In this document: positions 9,871 to 18,999 of the stretch, piece after piece
How positions within the stretch are numbered: the first letter of the stretch is position 1
Layout: every line of letters starts with the position of its first letter
Assembly: GCA_043803225.1 (NCBI GenBank)
Contig: JAZDKF010000027.1
Coordinates: 22,406-86,405 of the forward strand
From: Candidatus Beckwithbacteria bacterium
Lineage (GTDB): Bacteria > Patescibacteriota > Microgenomatia > UBA1400 > CG1-02-47-37
Direction: 5' to 3'
Length of the DNA: 64,000 nt
Made by a program: the position numbers and the translations under genes
The notes under the pieces: generated by a model
What the model was told of the DNA's origin: nothing
Seen by the model: the letters and a program-made list of their open reading frames with translations, nothing else
Database searches by the model: none

Positions 9871-10290
9871 ATGAAACAGAAAGTAGAAACAACCAAAGCG
9901 CCGAAAGCAATGGGGCCTTATTCCCAGGCGATAACCGTGGGTAATTTGGTGCTGACTTCCGGGCAGATTCACTTAACCGCAGAGGGGAAATTGTTAAAGG
10001 GGACAATTGAAGCACAGACGCATCAAGTAATGAAAAATTTAGGAGCGGTTTTAGACGCAGCCGGAGTGAGTTTTAAAGAGGTGGTGAAGGCAACAATTTA
10101 TGTGACGGACATGGCGATTTACGGAAAGATTAACGAAGTTTATGGCAGTTATTTTTCGGAGCCATTTCCGGCCAGAGAAACAGTTCAAGCAGCAGCTTTA
10201 CCATTAGGGGCAGAGGTGGAAATCAGCTTGGTAGCGGTGAAGAAAGATTGTTGCAGTGAAGATAATCAAGGAGGCTGTTGTTGTAGTTAA
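9871..10290 (+). CDS. ridA: RidA/YjgF enamine deaminase with Cys-rich C-terminal tail
   Basis: APKAMGPYSQA, SGQI, FPAR, LPLGAEVEI; tail DCCSEDNQGGCCCS. Confidence 0.92.
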   Translation: MKQKVETTKAPKAMGPYSQAITVGNLVLTSGQIHLTAEGKLLKGTIEAQTHQVMKNLGAVLDAAGVSFKEVVKATIYVTDMAIYGKINEVYGSYFSEPFPARETVQAAALPLGAEVEISLVAVKKDCCSEDNQGGCCCS

Positions 10291-10312
10291 ATAAATTAAT
10301 AAATAACAATTT

Positions 10313-10338
10313 AACCTCCTTAAATAGGAGGTTTTTTT
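10313..10338 (+). terminator. Terminator/SD-sequestering hairpin
   Basis: aacctcct-taaat-aggaggtt with T-tract; 3' arm contains the SD of the ATG at 10339. Confidence 0.7.
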
Positions 10339-10692
10339 ATGATCAAAATTATTGAAATTACCAAATTAAAACCGCATGAGCGGATTAGAAAAATTCATGC
10401 CAGAAAATTATTAAGGCAAATTATTATTGACGGCCGGTTAAAGAAGCCGATTATTGTTGATGGGAAAACAGGGGTAATTCTTGACGGCCATCACCGTTTT
10501 TGGGCAATTGGGCAGTTGGGTTTAAGCGGTATTCCTGCAAGAATAGTGAATTATCAAGATAAAAATATACAAGTAATTGCGTGGAGAAAAGGAGAGAAAA
10601 TTTCCAAAAGTGAAGTAATCAGAGCCGGAATGACAGGAAAGTTGTTGCGGCCGAAAACTTCCAGACATTTAATTCCTAAGGAACGATTATGA
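10339..10692 (+). CDS. ParB/Srx-fold protein, SerK/SbnI-like putative free serine kinase
   Basis: LKPHE, PIIVD, ILDGHHR; no HTH; overlaps cysteine synthase. Confidence 0.65.
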   Translation: MIKIIEITKLKPHERIRKIHARKLLRQIIIDGRLKKPIIVDGKTGVILDGHHRFWAIGQLGLSGIPARIVNYQDKNIQVIAWRKGEKISKSEVIRAGMTGKLLRPKTSRHLIPKERL

Positions 10693-11561
10693 AAAATTTA
10701 TTACAAACAATCGGCAAGACGCCTATGGTGAAACTGGAAAGATATTCCACTAAGCGAGTTAAGATTTTTGCCAAACTGGAAGGCAATAATCCGGGCGGGT
10801 CAATTAAAGACAGGATTGGTTTGCGGATGGTCGAAGAGGCGGAAAAGAAAGGAATAATTCAGGGAAGGGAGTTATTGGAGGCGACCAGCGGCAACACCGG
10901 AATTGCTTTAGCGATGATTTCGGCGATTAAGGGATATAAATTTACCGCAGTAATGCCGGAGAGCGTGAGTTTAGAAAGGCGGAAATTATTGACCGCCTAT
11001 GGGGCGAAAATTATTCTGACAGACGGAGCCAGAGGTACTAATTATGCTATTAAAGTGGCTAAAGAAATAATGAAAGAGAATAAAGATAAATACTTGATGC
11101 TGAACCAGTTTGAAAATAAGGCAAATGTTTTGGCTCACTTTGAAACTACCGGCAGGGAGATTATTGAACAGCAGCCGGAAATAACTCATTTTGTGGCGGG
11201 AATGGGCACGGGCGGGACATTGATGGGCGTGGGGAAAAGATTGAAAGAGTTTAAGGCAAATATTCAAATAATCGGAGTTGAACCAAGAGCCGGGTCCAAA
11301 ATACAGGGCTTAAGAAATATGAAAGAGTATGTGCCCAAGATTTTTAAGGAAAAAAGGCTGGATAAAAAACTAGTAATAAAAGAAGATAAGATTGCGTTTG
11401 AGTTAATGAAGGATTTATTTAAAAAAGAAGGTTTATCGGTAGGAATTTCTTCCGGGGCCGGGCTTTGGGGAGCGATGGAGACAGCGAAAAAAATTAAAAA
11501 AGGAATAATTGTGACTATTTTTCCAGACAGGGGAGACAGGTATCTAAGCAATTGGCTATAA
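10689..11561 (+). CDS. PLP-dependent cysteine synthase family (CysM/CysK)
   Basis: NPGGSIKDR, ATSGNTG, GMGTGGT, FPDRGDRYLS. Confidence 0.93.
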   Translation: MKNLLQTIGKTPMVKLERYSTKRVKIFAKLEGNNPGGSIKDRIGLRMVEEAEKKGIIQGRELLEATSGNTGIALAMISAIKGYKFTAVMPESVSLERRKLLTAYGAKIILTDGARGTNYAIKVAKEIMKENKDKYLMLNQFENKANVLAHFETTGREIIEQQPEITHFVAGMGTGGTLMGVGKRLKEFKANIQIIGVEPRAGSKIQGLRNMKEYVPKIFKEKRLDKKLVIKEDKIAFELMKDLFKKEGLSVGISSGAGLWGAMETAKKIKKGIIVTIFPDRGDRYLSNWL

Positions 11562-11569
11562 TTTAACTA

Positions 11570-11923
11570 ATGAAAGTATCAGTGTTTGGGAATAAAGATT
11601 TAATCGAAGACAGGGCGGCAGTGGAGTTAATTCCGTGGCTGAAAAATAAATATCCGAAGGCGGAGATTAAAATTGAAGATCCAACTGAAGGATTGAAGCC
11701 GCCGGAAGACGGCAATTGGGTAGTGGTGGATGCGTGCCAAGGAATTAATAAAATAACCGAGTTTGATAATTTAGACCAGTTTGAAGCGAAAAGAAGAGTT
11801 TCGGTCCATGACTATGAAGTGGTGATGGAATTGAAGTTGATATTGAAGCTAGGCAAAGTGAAAAGCTTAAAGGTAATCGGGGTGCCGATGAAAGTTATTC
11901 GTCCGGGGTCTGGCCAAAAATAG
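11570..11923 (+). CDS. Hydrogenase maturation protease-like protein (reduced)
   Basis: VFGN..D, VVVDA, SVHD pattern of HyaD/HycI proteases. Confidence 0.55.
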   Translation: MKVSVFGNKDLIEDRAAVELIPWLKNKYPKAEIKIEDPTEGLKPPEDGNWVVVDACQGINKITEFDNLDQFEAKRRVSVHDYEVVMELKLILKLGKVKSLKVIGVPMKVIRPGSGQK

Positions 11924-12524
11924 TAATGGTGGTGCCGGGGTTGTCAGCTGACGCATAGATGCTGCGCTGGCCCTGCAGATCGGGTTGGGCCCAATAAAAG
12001 AGCTGGGCAACTTCTTCGGTTTTCATATTAATACAGCCGTGAGACATGGGGTGGCCGAAGTTGTCATGCCAGTAAGTGCCGTGAAGACCAAAACCGCGGG
12101 ACTTGGGAACTTCATCGCTATAAAAGAACATGGTGTAGGGGACATTGGGGAGGTAGTAGTAGGTATTTAGGGCTTTGGAACCGCCTTCCATTTTAGTATA
12201 GCGAAGCTTGGTCCAGATTTGAAAAGTGCCGGTGGGAGTCCGACCCCATTTTCCGGAAGAAATCAGAAAGTTATAAACAAGATTATTGTCTTCGTAGGCA
12301 TAGAGGCGTTGATTAGTCAGATCGATCTCGATTCTTTTATCAGCAGTGTTTTGACCCAGAACTATAGGTGGAAGGGTGTCGGTTTGAGCCAGGGGAGAAG
12401 ATACAGTCAGATTATTGAAAATTGCCTGAGGCGGAGTGGGATCAAAATCAGCGGAGAGGTGATTAAGGTCGAGGTTTTTTTGGCGGGAAAAAAGCAGGGT
12501 TAAAAAGACGATGAAGAGTTTCAT
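11895..12524 (-). CDS. L,D-transpeptidase (YkuD)
   Basis: IEIDLTNQRL, TPTG, LHGTYWH...SHGCIN; start moved to MKLF. Confidence 0.92.
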   Translation of the reverse strand: MKLFIVFLTLLFSRQKNLDLNHLSADFDPTPPQAIFNNLTVSSPLAQTDTLPPIVLGQNTADKRIEIDLTNQRLYAYEDNNLVYNFLISSGKWGRTPTGTFQIWTKLRYTKMEGGSKALNTYYYLPNVPYTMFFYSDEVPKSRGFGLHGTYWHDNFGHPMSHGCINMKTEEVAQLFYWAQPDLQGQRSIYASADNPGTTITIFGQTPDE

Positions 12525-13828
12525 TGCTTCCAGTTTATCTTTAAAAAGTGGGAGGCACAACTCATACAAGGATCATAAGCCCTGATTAAGACTTCGATTT
12601 CGTGTTCAAGTTCGGCCTTGAGGTTAGCGTTAAGGGTTTGGTTTTTGAGTTTGTTTTCAACCAGAATTTTGATGTCGTTTTGGATGTTTAGCTGGTTTTG
12701 GCCGGTGGGAACCAGGATTTCTGCATCTTTAACCAGATGATTTTCAATCGAGAGGTGGTGGTAGAGAATTCCCCGGGGAGCTTCAACTACACCGAAGCCT
12801 TCTCCGGAAGAGAGCTGGGATTTAACTAGGGGTTCGGGTTGGAATTTAGCTGAGGGGAGAATGGATAAAGTGTCGTCGATGGCATTTAAGATTTCAATAG
12901 CTTGGGCGAGATTGTTGTGATAGAGGTTGTGGGAGGGAAAAAGTTTTAAAGCAGCAGCAGCGCCGACTTTGGTTTGAGAATTTAAGGAGTTTTTATTGAG
13001 ATTGATTCGAGCCAGAGCGCCAGTAAAGTAAGGTCGGTCTTTATAGGTATAGGCAGAAGCCTGGGAGTACGGCAGGGCAAGGTGGTGGAGTTGGGAGCGG
13101 TAGTTATTTTGATGAATGCAGAGGCCGTCAGAACTGCAGATTTCACCGACAAGGTAAGAATAGTCGGGGTTTTTGTGGGATAAGTAGGGAGTGGAATGAG
13201 TTTGGGTTAAAGGGCAGTCGGCAAAGATGTGGATTAATTTTAAGACGGCCGGTCTGACAGCCTGGAATTTGGCAATGACTGGTTGGATGGTTTGGGGGTT
13301 GGGAAGCTGAGTAAAGCCGCCAACCTGGGGCAGGGGGGCATGGACCGAGCGGCCGCCGGCAAGGATAGAGAGTTGGTTGCCGGCATCTTTGACGTCAAAA
13401 GCATCGTGGACCAGCTGATGTTGTTTAGGGTCAGAGTCGTTAAAGTCTAAAAGGGAGTTCTTTTGAAATAAATCGGGAAGGACAAAGAGGTAAAGATGGA
13501 GGGCATGGTCGCGGATGATCAGGCCGTTGATAATCAGACGACGCAGGAGCATAGTTTGAGCCGAGGGGGTAATTTTTAAAGCGTTTTCCACGGCTTCAAT
13601 CGCGGCGAGGATATGGGCGTTGCTGCAGGTGCCGCAGATGCGGGCGAGAAGGGTAGGGGCGGCCAGGGCGGCTTTGCCGACAACTGCCTGAGTGTAGAAG
13701 CGTTTGTATTCGGTAATTTTAAAGTGGCATTTGGTGACTTGGCCATCCTGGATGGATAGGTCCAAACCAGCAGCACCCTCGATTTTGGAGATTTCTTCAA
13801 GTGATAGGTCTAAATTTATTTGATGCAT
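12521..13828 (-). CDS. NiFe hydrogenase large subunit (group 3-like)
   Basis: L1 RICGTC, EAPRG, L2 YDPCMSCASH plus cleavable tail. Confidence 0.92.
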   Translation of the reverse strand: MHQINLDLSLEEISKIEGAAGLDLSIQDGQVTKCHFKITEYKRFYTQAVVGKAALAAPTLLARICGTCSNAHILAAIEAVENALKITPSAQTMLLRRLIINGLIIRDHALHLYLFVLPDLFQKNSLLDFNDSDPKQHQLVHDAFDVKDAGNQLSILAGGRSVHAPLPQVGGFTQLPNPQTIQPVIAKFQAVRPAVLKLIHIFADCPLTQTHSTPYLSHKNPDYSYLVGEICSSDGLCIHQNNYRSQLHHLALPYSQASAYTYKDRPYFTGALARINLNKNSLNSQTKVGAAAALKLFPSHNLYHNNLAQAIEILNAIDDTLSILPSAKFQPEPLVKSQLSSGEGFGVVEAPRGILYHHLSIENHLVKDAEILVPTGQNQLNIQNDIKILVENKLKNQTLNANLKAELEHEIEVLIRAYDPCMSCASHFLKINWKQ

Positions 13829-14286
13829 AATTTATTTATTAATTCGATAAATTTTATTTCGTCCATGGGGCAGCCAGGGACAGAGTAGTCAACGGTAACC
13901 AAGTCGGAAAGTTTATGAACCTGATCGCTGTATTGAAATTTTTCTAAGATTGGTTGAATTTGGGCTTTTTGGTCGGGATTGAAAAGATTTCTTTGAGCCG
14001 AGGGGTGACCGGTGACAGCACAGGAACCGATGGCGACTAAGGTTTTAGCCAAAGAACGGATGATTTTTAATTTTTCGGCATCTTTATCCGAGGAGATAGC
14101 CCCCTCAATAAAAGCAACATCCATTAGGTCTAAAGGGGGAGATTTTCTTAAAGCCTTGGCGTATTTAAAGTCAATTTTAGAAGTCCAGTCCTGCCAATGC
14201 TGGTTTAAAATTTCGAGCATTAAAATGGTTGAGTCTTCAGAACAGGTAAAAGTAAACCAACCAACAGTGAGCTTTCTCATTGACAT
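13816..14286 (-). CDS. NiFe hydrogenase small subunit (truncated, proximal cluster domain only)
   Basis: IEGAI, AIGSCA, VPGCP; N-terminal TCSEDS instead of CxxC. Confidence 0.85.
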   Translation of the reverse strand: MSMRKLTVGWFTFTCSEDSTILMLEILNQHWQDWTSKIDFKYAKALRKSPPLDLMDVAFIEGAISSDKDAEKLKIIRSLAKTLVAIGSCAVTGHPSAQRNLFNPDQKAQIQPILEKFQYSDQVHKLSDLVTVDYSVPGCPMDEIKFIELINKLCIK

Positions 14287-14338
14287 AGTGTAACAAATTT
14301 AGTAGATTTAAGCACCTGCCGGAGAAAGGCAGTTTTTT
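14280..14338 (+). promoter_or_regulatory. Sigma70 promoter followed by CTGCC hairpin and T-tract
   Basis: TTGACA-17-TAGATT; ctgcc-ggagaaa-ggcag + T6 then ATG at 14339. Confidence 0.6.
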
Positions 14339-14911
14339 ATGAGGAGAGAATATTTATCACAGGATCAGTTAAGGGGATTGTGGGATGGAGTCTATAAACT
14401 GGCATTAGAATCGGTAACCAGTAATATTTTTGGAGAGTCCGGTTTAGTGACAGAATTAGTAAAATTACATGGATTGGGAATAAGATTGGTTAGGCCAAAA
14501 GCGGTCCAAACGAATGAGTTAGAATTATGGCAGAAAGATCCAGGGTTAGTCGATGAATCAGGTCATCTAATTTCCCGGATATTAATAGCGGGAGTTGATG
14601 AAAGAACAGTAAGGAAAGGGAAAGCTATAGCTTATTTAAGAATGGATAGGCGTGATAATAAATTAATAACTTTAGTTTGGAGTGATCAAGAGATAGGAAA
14701 TGTGGGACTAGAACATCATATTGGGGCGGAAGACGATTCTTGGTATGTAAGAGCACCAGATAGTGAAAGTCGAGTGGAAGTAGTTAAAAACAACGTTCTT
14801 TTTACAGCAGTTTTATTGCCAAAAGTTAATTTATTAATGCCGGCGGGGTTGCCAGCAGGATACAAACAGGTATTTGATCATAAAACCGGGATGATGATTG
14901 CGAGACCATAA
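14339..14911 (+). CDS. Hypothetical protein (orphan)
   Basis: 190-aa ORF with promoter-like leader. Confidence 0.65.
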   Translation: MRREYLSQDQLRGLWDGVYKLALESVTSNIFGESGLVTELVKLHGLGIRLVRPKAVQTNELELWQKDPGLVDESGHLISRILIAGVDERTVRKGKAIAYLRMDRRDNKLITLVWSDQEIGNVGLEHHIGAEDDSWYVRAPDSESRVEVVKNNVLFTAVLLPKVNLLMPAGLPAGYKQVFDHKTGMMIARP

Positions 14912-14957
14912 CTTTGGCTTGACATCGGGATTTGCTTTTAAGTATAAAGAAAGGAGA

Positions 14958-16205
14958 ATGTTACTACATAAAATCATGGATTTAATCAAAGAAATGGTGG
15001 AAGTCCGGGAGGGAAAAGTCACGGCGGTAGTGGAGAATAACTTGAAAGAAAGATGGGATGAATTAGCGGAAAAGGCGGTGTTTGGAGATGAAGAAGAGAA
15101 GCGGCAGGCGGGGTGGGTAATTTGGGAAGTAGGCCAGTTTGTCGGAGTCAGACCGGCCTCAATTAATGATTTATACATGGCCAGAGGCAGAGGCGAGGCG
15201 CCCTTAAATTTTACCGTACCGGCGATTAATGTCCGGGGGATGGCTTATGATTTTAGCCGGGCGATATTTAAAAGTGCCCAAGAGAGCCGGGTGGGAACCC
15301 TGATTGTAGAGATAGCTAAAAGCGAGCTTGATTATACCGGGCAAACACCGGAAGAGCTGGTAACAGTGGTATTGGCGGCGGCGATTCGGGAAGGTTGGCG
15401 GGGAGGGTTGGCATTTCAGCTGGATCATTGGGAAAATCCAGACGGTGTGGCGGAAGCCATAAAGGCAGGATTTTTAAACATTGATATTGATAAATCATTA
15501 TTACCTTTAAAAGCAAATATTAATCAAACAGTGAAAATGATCGAGCTAATCCGGGGAATAGAACCGGAAGGAGTGACAATGTCTTTGGGCGGAGAAATCG
15601 GCCATATCGGCGATAAAAATACGACGACGGCAGAAGTGGAAGCTTATATTAACGGAATTAATCAGAGTTTGAAAAAAGGGATAGTAGGTTTAAGTAAGAT
15701 TAGTGTGGCGACCGGAACCCATCACGGCGGAGTAATGTTGGCTGACGGGACTTTAGCAGAGGTAAAAGTAGACTTTAAAGCATTAGGGGAGATATCCAGA
15801 ATTTGCCGGCGATCAGGAATGGCGGGAGCGGTCCAGCACGGAGCTTCAACTTTAAGAGAGAAATATTTTAAAGAGTTTGTAAAATCTGAAACAGCGGAAG
15901 TTCATTTAGCCACAGAATTTCAAAATATTATTATGGATCATCCAAGTTTTCCTAAAGATTTATTGGAAAAGATGTACCAGTGGCTGGACAGTGAAGATGT
16001 TGAGCCAGCTCACTATAGTTTAAGGAAAAAGGCTTGGGGGAAGTTTAAAAAAGAGTGTTGGCAGATAGACAGCGGAGTCAGGGAAAAGATCAGGGAGGCG
16101 CTGGAACAGAAGTTAAAGTTTTTCTATAAAGAGTTAGGGGTGGAAGGAACAGGATTGCTGGCAAAAAAGTGGCTGAAACCGGTTGAACGGCATAAAGAAT
16201 TATGA
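14958..16205 (+). CDS. fba: Class II fructose-bisphosphate aldolase family
   Basis: VPAIN, LDH, GEIGHIG, GTHHGG, VQHGAS; SD aaggag before ATG 14958. Confidence 0.85.
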   Translation: MLLHKIMDLIKEMVEVREGKVTAVVENNLKERWDELAEKAVFGDEEEKRQAGWVIWEVGQFVGVRPASINDLYMARGRGEAPLNFTVPAINVRGMAYDFSRAIFKSAQESRVGTLIVEIAKSELDYTGQTPEELVTVVLAAAIREGWRGGLAFQLDHWENPDGVAEAIKAGFLNIDIDKSLLPLKANINQTVKMIELIRGIEPEGVTMSLGGEIGHIGDKNTTTAEVEAYINGINQSLKKGIVGLSKISVATGTHHGGVMLADGTLAEVKVDFKALGEISRICRRSGMAGAVQHGASTLREKYFKEFVKSETAEVHLATEFQNIIMDHPSFPKDLLEKMYQWLDSEDVEPAHYSLRKKAWGKFKKECWQIDSGVREKIREALEQKLKFFYKELGVEGTGLLAKKWLKPVERHKEL

Positions 16206-17215
16206 ATAAAAAAACAGTGAGAGACATAAATTTAAGAGGAAAAAAGATTTTATTGCGGGTGGATTATAATGTGGTTTTAGAGAATGGGCAGGTAGCAGAG
16301 GAATTGAGAATAAAACAGACAGTTCCGACAATAGAATATTTATTAAAGCAGGATAGCCAGCTGATTTTAATGTCGCATTTAGGCCGGCCGGAGGGAAAAG
16401 TGGTGGCAGAATTATCTTTGCGGCCGATAGCCGAGTATTTACAGAAGTTATTAAAAAAAGAAGTTAGTTTTATTGAACCACAGGGGCAAATTACGCTTTT
16501 GGAAAATGTCCGATTTGATCCCGGAGATGAAACTAATGACCCGGGGTTTAGCCAGCAGTTGGCCAGTTTGGGAGAGATTTTTGTAAATGATGCTTTCGGA
16601 GTTTGCCACCGGGCGCAGGCATCAACGGTAGGCATAACCAAGTTTTTACCGGCTGTGGCCGGGCTGCTGCTGGAAAAAGAAGTGGAGATGATTATGAAAG
16701 TAATGGAAAATCCGCTAAGGCCGTTGGTGGTAATAATCGGAGGGGCAAAGCTGGAGACAAAAATCGGAGTGATTAAGAAGTTATTAATCAAAGCGGATCA
16801 AATATTAATCGGCGGAGCAGTAGCCAATAAGTTGTTGGAAGAACCGGCCGGGGATAAAAAAATAATCCTGCCAGTCGACGGGGTACCACAGTTTTTCCAG
16901 ATGAAAGATATTGGATTAAGAACTCGAGAGCGGTTTGGCCAGATTATCAGTAGGGCAAAAACGATAATTTGGAACGGGCCGATGGGAATGTTTGAAGAGC
17001 TGAAGTTTAGCGGGGGAACGGATTTTATTTATGAGGCAATTAAAAAGAATAAACAAGCATTATCAATAGTCGGCGGCGGGGATACGCTAGGGGCATTAAA
17101 TAAAAATAAAGATTTTGAGACAAGTTTTACCCACGTGTCTACCGGCGGCGGAGCAATGCTGGAGCTGATTGAAAAAGGGACTCTTCCCGGCATTGAGGCG
17201 CTTGAAGACAAATAA
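16202..17215 (+). CDS. pgk: Phosphoglycerate kinase (compact)
   Basis: RVDYNV, SHLGRP, NDAFG, WNGPMG, VSTGGGA. Confidence 0.95.
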   Translation: MNKKTVRDINLRGKKILLRVDYNVVLENGQVAEELRIKQTVPTIEYLLKQDSQLILMSHLGRPEGKVVAELSLRPIAEYLQKLLKKEVSFIEPQGQITLLENVRFDPGDETNDPGFSQQLASLGEIFVNDAFGVCHRAQASTVGITKFLPAVAGLLLEKEVEMIMKVMENPLRPLVVIIGGAKLETKIGVIKKLLIKADQILIGGAVANKLLEEPAGDKKIILPVDGVPQFFQMKDIGLRTRERFGQIISRAKTIIWNGPMGMFEELKFSGGTDFIYEAIKKNKQALSIVGGGDTLGALNKNKDFETSFTHVSTGGGAMLELIEKGTLPGIEALEDK

Positions 17216-17243
17216 TTTGACTTATAGGTTATAATTTTGGCAA

Positions 17244-17840
17244 ATGAATCTTCGAGAAGTATTTATTCCAGCAGAGGTTAAACCAGGGGAAGAAATAAAA
17301 GCTTTCCAACTAGAATTAAACAAGTGGTCATTTGGGGGAACTAATTTTAGTGAATATTCGATTGGAAAGATACGCTGGCTGGATTATTTTAGATTTTTAT
17401 CAGAAAAGGGATTATTAACCGATCAAGACGGGCAAGGTTTTCAGGAATACAAACCGATTACCGGGATTAATTTTGTTTATTCAGGTGGACCATTGAAGTT
17501 GGCGGTGGGTATGGGTGATGGTTCTGTGACAATATTCAATGAAAGAACTTCGGAAAATTCACCATCTTTTTGCGCCTGGCCGGCGGCTTATTTACTGGAA
17601 AGACACTTAAGAGATAAAAAGACAAGTTTGACTGAATTGACTAAATTAGGCAAATGGTTTGTGGAAATCAGCAAGATAAACTATCAAGGTAAAGAATTTA
17701 GAGCCGGAGCCTATCTGTGGCAGGGAGAAAAAGGAGAGTTAAGAATAATGGCAACCGGAGCTAGGCTGGAAGAACTGGCATTTATTGGAGATTGGAAAAG
17801 ACCTGATTTTAAACTTGATTTTGGGATTAGAATGGATTAA
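17244..17840 (+). CDS. Hypothetical protein (orphan)
   Basis: 198-aa ORF preceded by TATAAT. Confidence 0.65.
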   Translation: MNLREVFIPAEVKPGEEIKAFQLELNKWSFGGTNFSEYSIGKIRWLDYFRFLSEKGLLTDQDGQGFQEYKPITGINFVYSGGPLKLAVGMGDGSVTIFNERTSENSPSFCAWPAAYLLERHLRDKKTSLTELTKLGKWFVEISKINYQGKEFRAGAYLWQGEKGELRIMATGARLEELAFIGDWKRPDFKLDFGIRMD

Positions 17841-17863
17841 ACTCCTACCAGAAAGGTGGGAGT

Positions 17864-18244
17864 ATGTTAAAGATTTCCAGAGAGTTAGATTTGGGGCTGC
17901 TGTTAATGAGCGAGCTTTATGGAAAAAAAAGCTTAAGTTTGTCAGGGTGGGCAAAAGAAAAAAAACTGCCTTATAGATTTTTATGCAAGATTGCCGGGAA
18001 GTTGAAGCGAGCTGGACTAATTAAGAGTCGGGAAGGAAGAAGCGGCGGCTATTATTTAACCCGGAAGATAGGAGTGGGGGAGATTTTTAAGGCGATTGAA
18101 GGAGAGATAGCACCAGTGGCTTGTTTACAGGGAAAACAGTGTGCGGCGGCGAAGTTTTGCAAGCAGAAGAAGCTGCTAGAGTTTTTAAGCCGGGGAATAG
18201 AGAAGGAGTTAAATAACTTAAGCTTGGAGCAACTATGCTGTTAG
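17864..18244 (+). CDS. Rrf2/IscR-like transcriptional regulator
   Basis: SREGRSGGY wing, three Cys; heads the suf operon. Confidence 0.88.
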   Translation: MLKISRELDLGLLLMSELYGKKSLSLSGWAKEKKLPYRFLCKIAGKLKRAGLIKSREGRSGGYYLTRKIGVGEIFKAIEGEIAPVACLQGKQCAAAKFCKQKKLLEFLSRGIEKELNNLSLEQLCC

Positions 18245-18999
18245 AGGTTGTCAACTTAAAAGTTAAGGCAGAAGGGAAAGAAGTATTAAAAGGGGTAAAT
18301 TTACAGGTGGGGGTTGGGGAGACGGTGGCTTTAATGGGGCCAAACGGCAGCGGGAAAAGCAGTTTAGCTTACAGTTTGTTGGGACTGCCTAATTATCAAG
18401 TGAGTGAGGGAAGGGTGAGTTTGGAGGGAAAGGATTTGTTTAAAATGTCAGTAACCGAACGAGCCAAAATAGGTTTGTTTTTGGGCTGGCAGCAGCCAAT
18501 CGGAGTCAAGGGTGTCAGTTTGGAGCAGTTGCTGAGAACAGCGGTAATGAGCTGCAAGAATGCGGCTTGTGAGCGGACGGGACAGGCGAAAAAATGTTTC
18601 CAACTGGATGAGTTTAGAAGAGAGTTGAACAGGAAAGTTAAGCTGTTAAAGATTGAACCAAATTGGTTAAACCGGTCGATAAATGTGAAGTTTTCCGGCG
18701 GGGAAAAGAAAAAACTGGAAGTACTGCAGCTGTTAATGTTAAAGCCAGCTTTGGCGATCTTAGATGAGCCGGATTCAGGCTTGGACATTGATAGTTTGCG
18801 GGTAGTCAGCCGGGGGATTGTTGAGGCAAAAAAAGAAAACCCAAAACTAGGATTATTACTGATTACTCATTATCAACGGCTGTTAAAGCAGGTAAAACCA
18901 GACCGGGTGGTGGTAATGAAGGCGGGGCAGATAGTTAAAGAGGGAGGGTTAGAATTGCTGGTGAGGTTGGAAAAGGAGGGGTATGCAGGGTTTGAATAG
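18235..18999 (+). CDS. sufC: Fe-S assembly ATPase SufC
   Basis: MGPNGSGKS, FSGGEKKK, LDEPDSGLDID, ITHYQR. Confidence 0.93.
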   Translation: MLLEVVNLKVKAEGKEVLKGVNLQVGVGETVALMGPNGSGKSSLAYSLLGLPNYQVSEGRVSLEGKDLFKMSVTERAKIGLFLGWQQPIGVKGVSLEQLLRTAVMSCKNAACERTGQAKKCFQLDEFRRELNRKVKLLKIEPNWLNRSINVKFSGGEKKKLEVLQLLMLKPALAILDEPDSGLDIDSLRVVSRGIVEAKKENPKLGLLLITHYQRLLKQVKPDRVVVMKAGQIVKEGGLELLVRLEKEGYAGFE

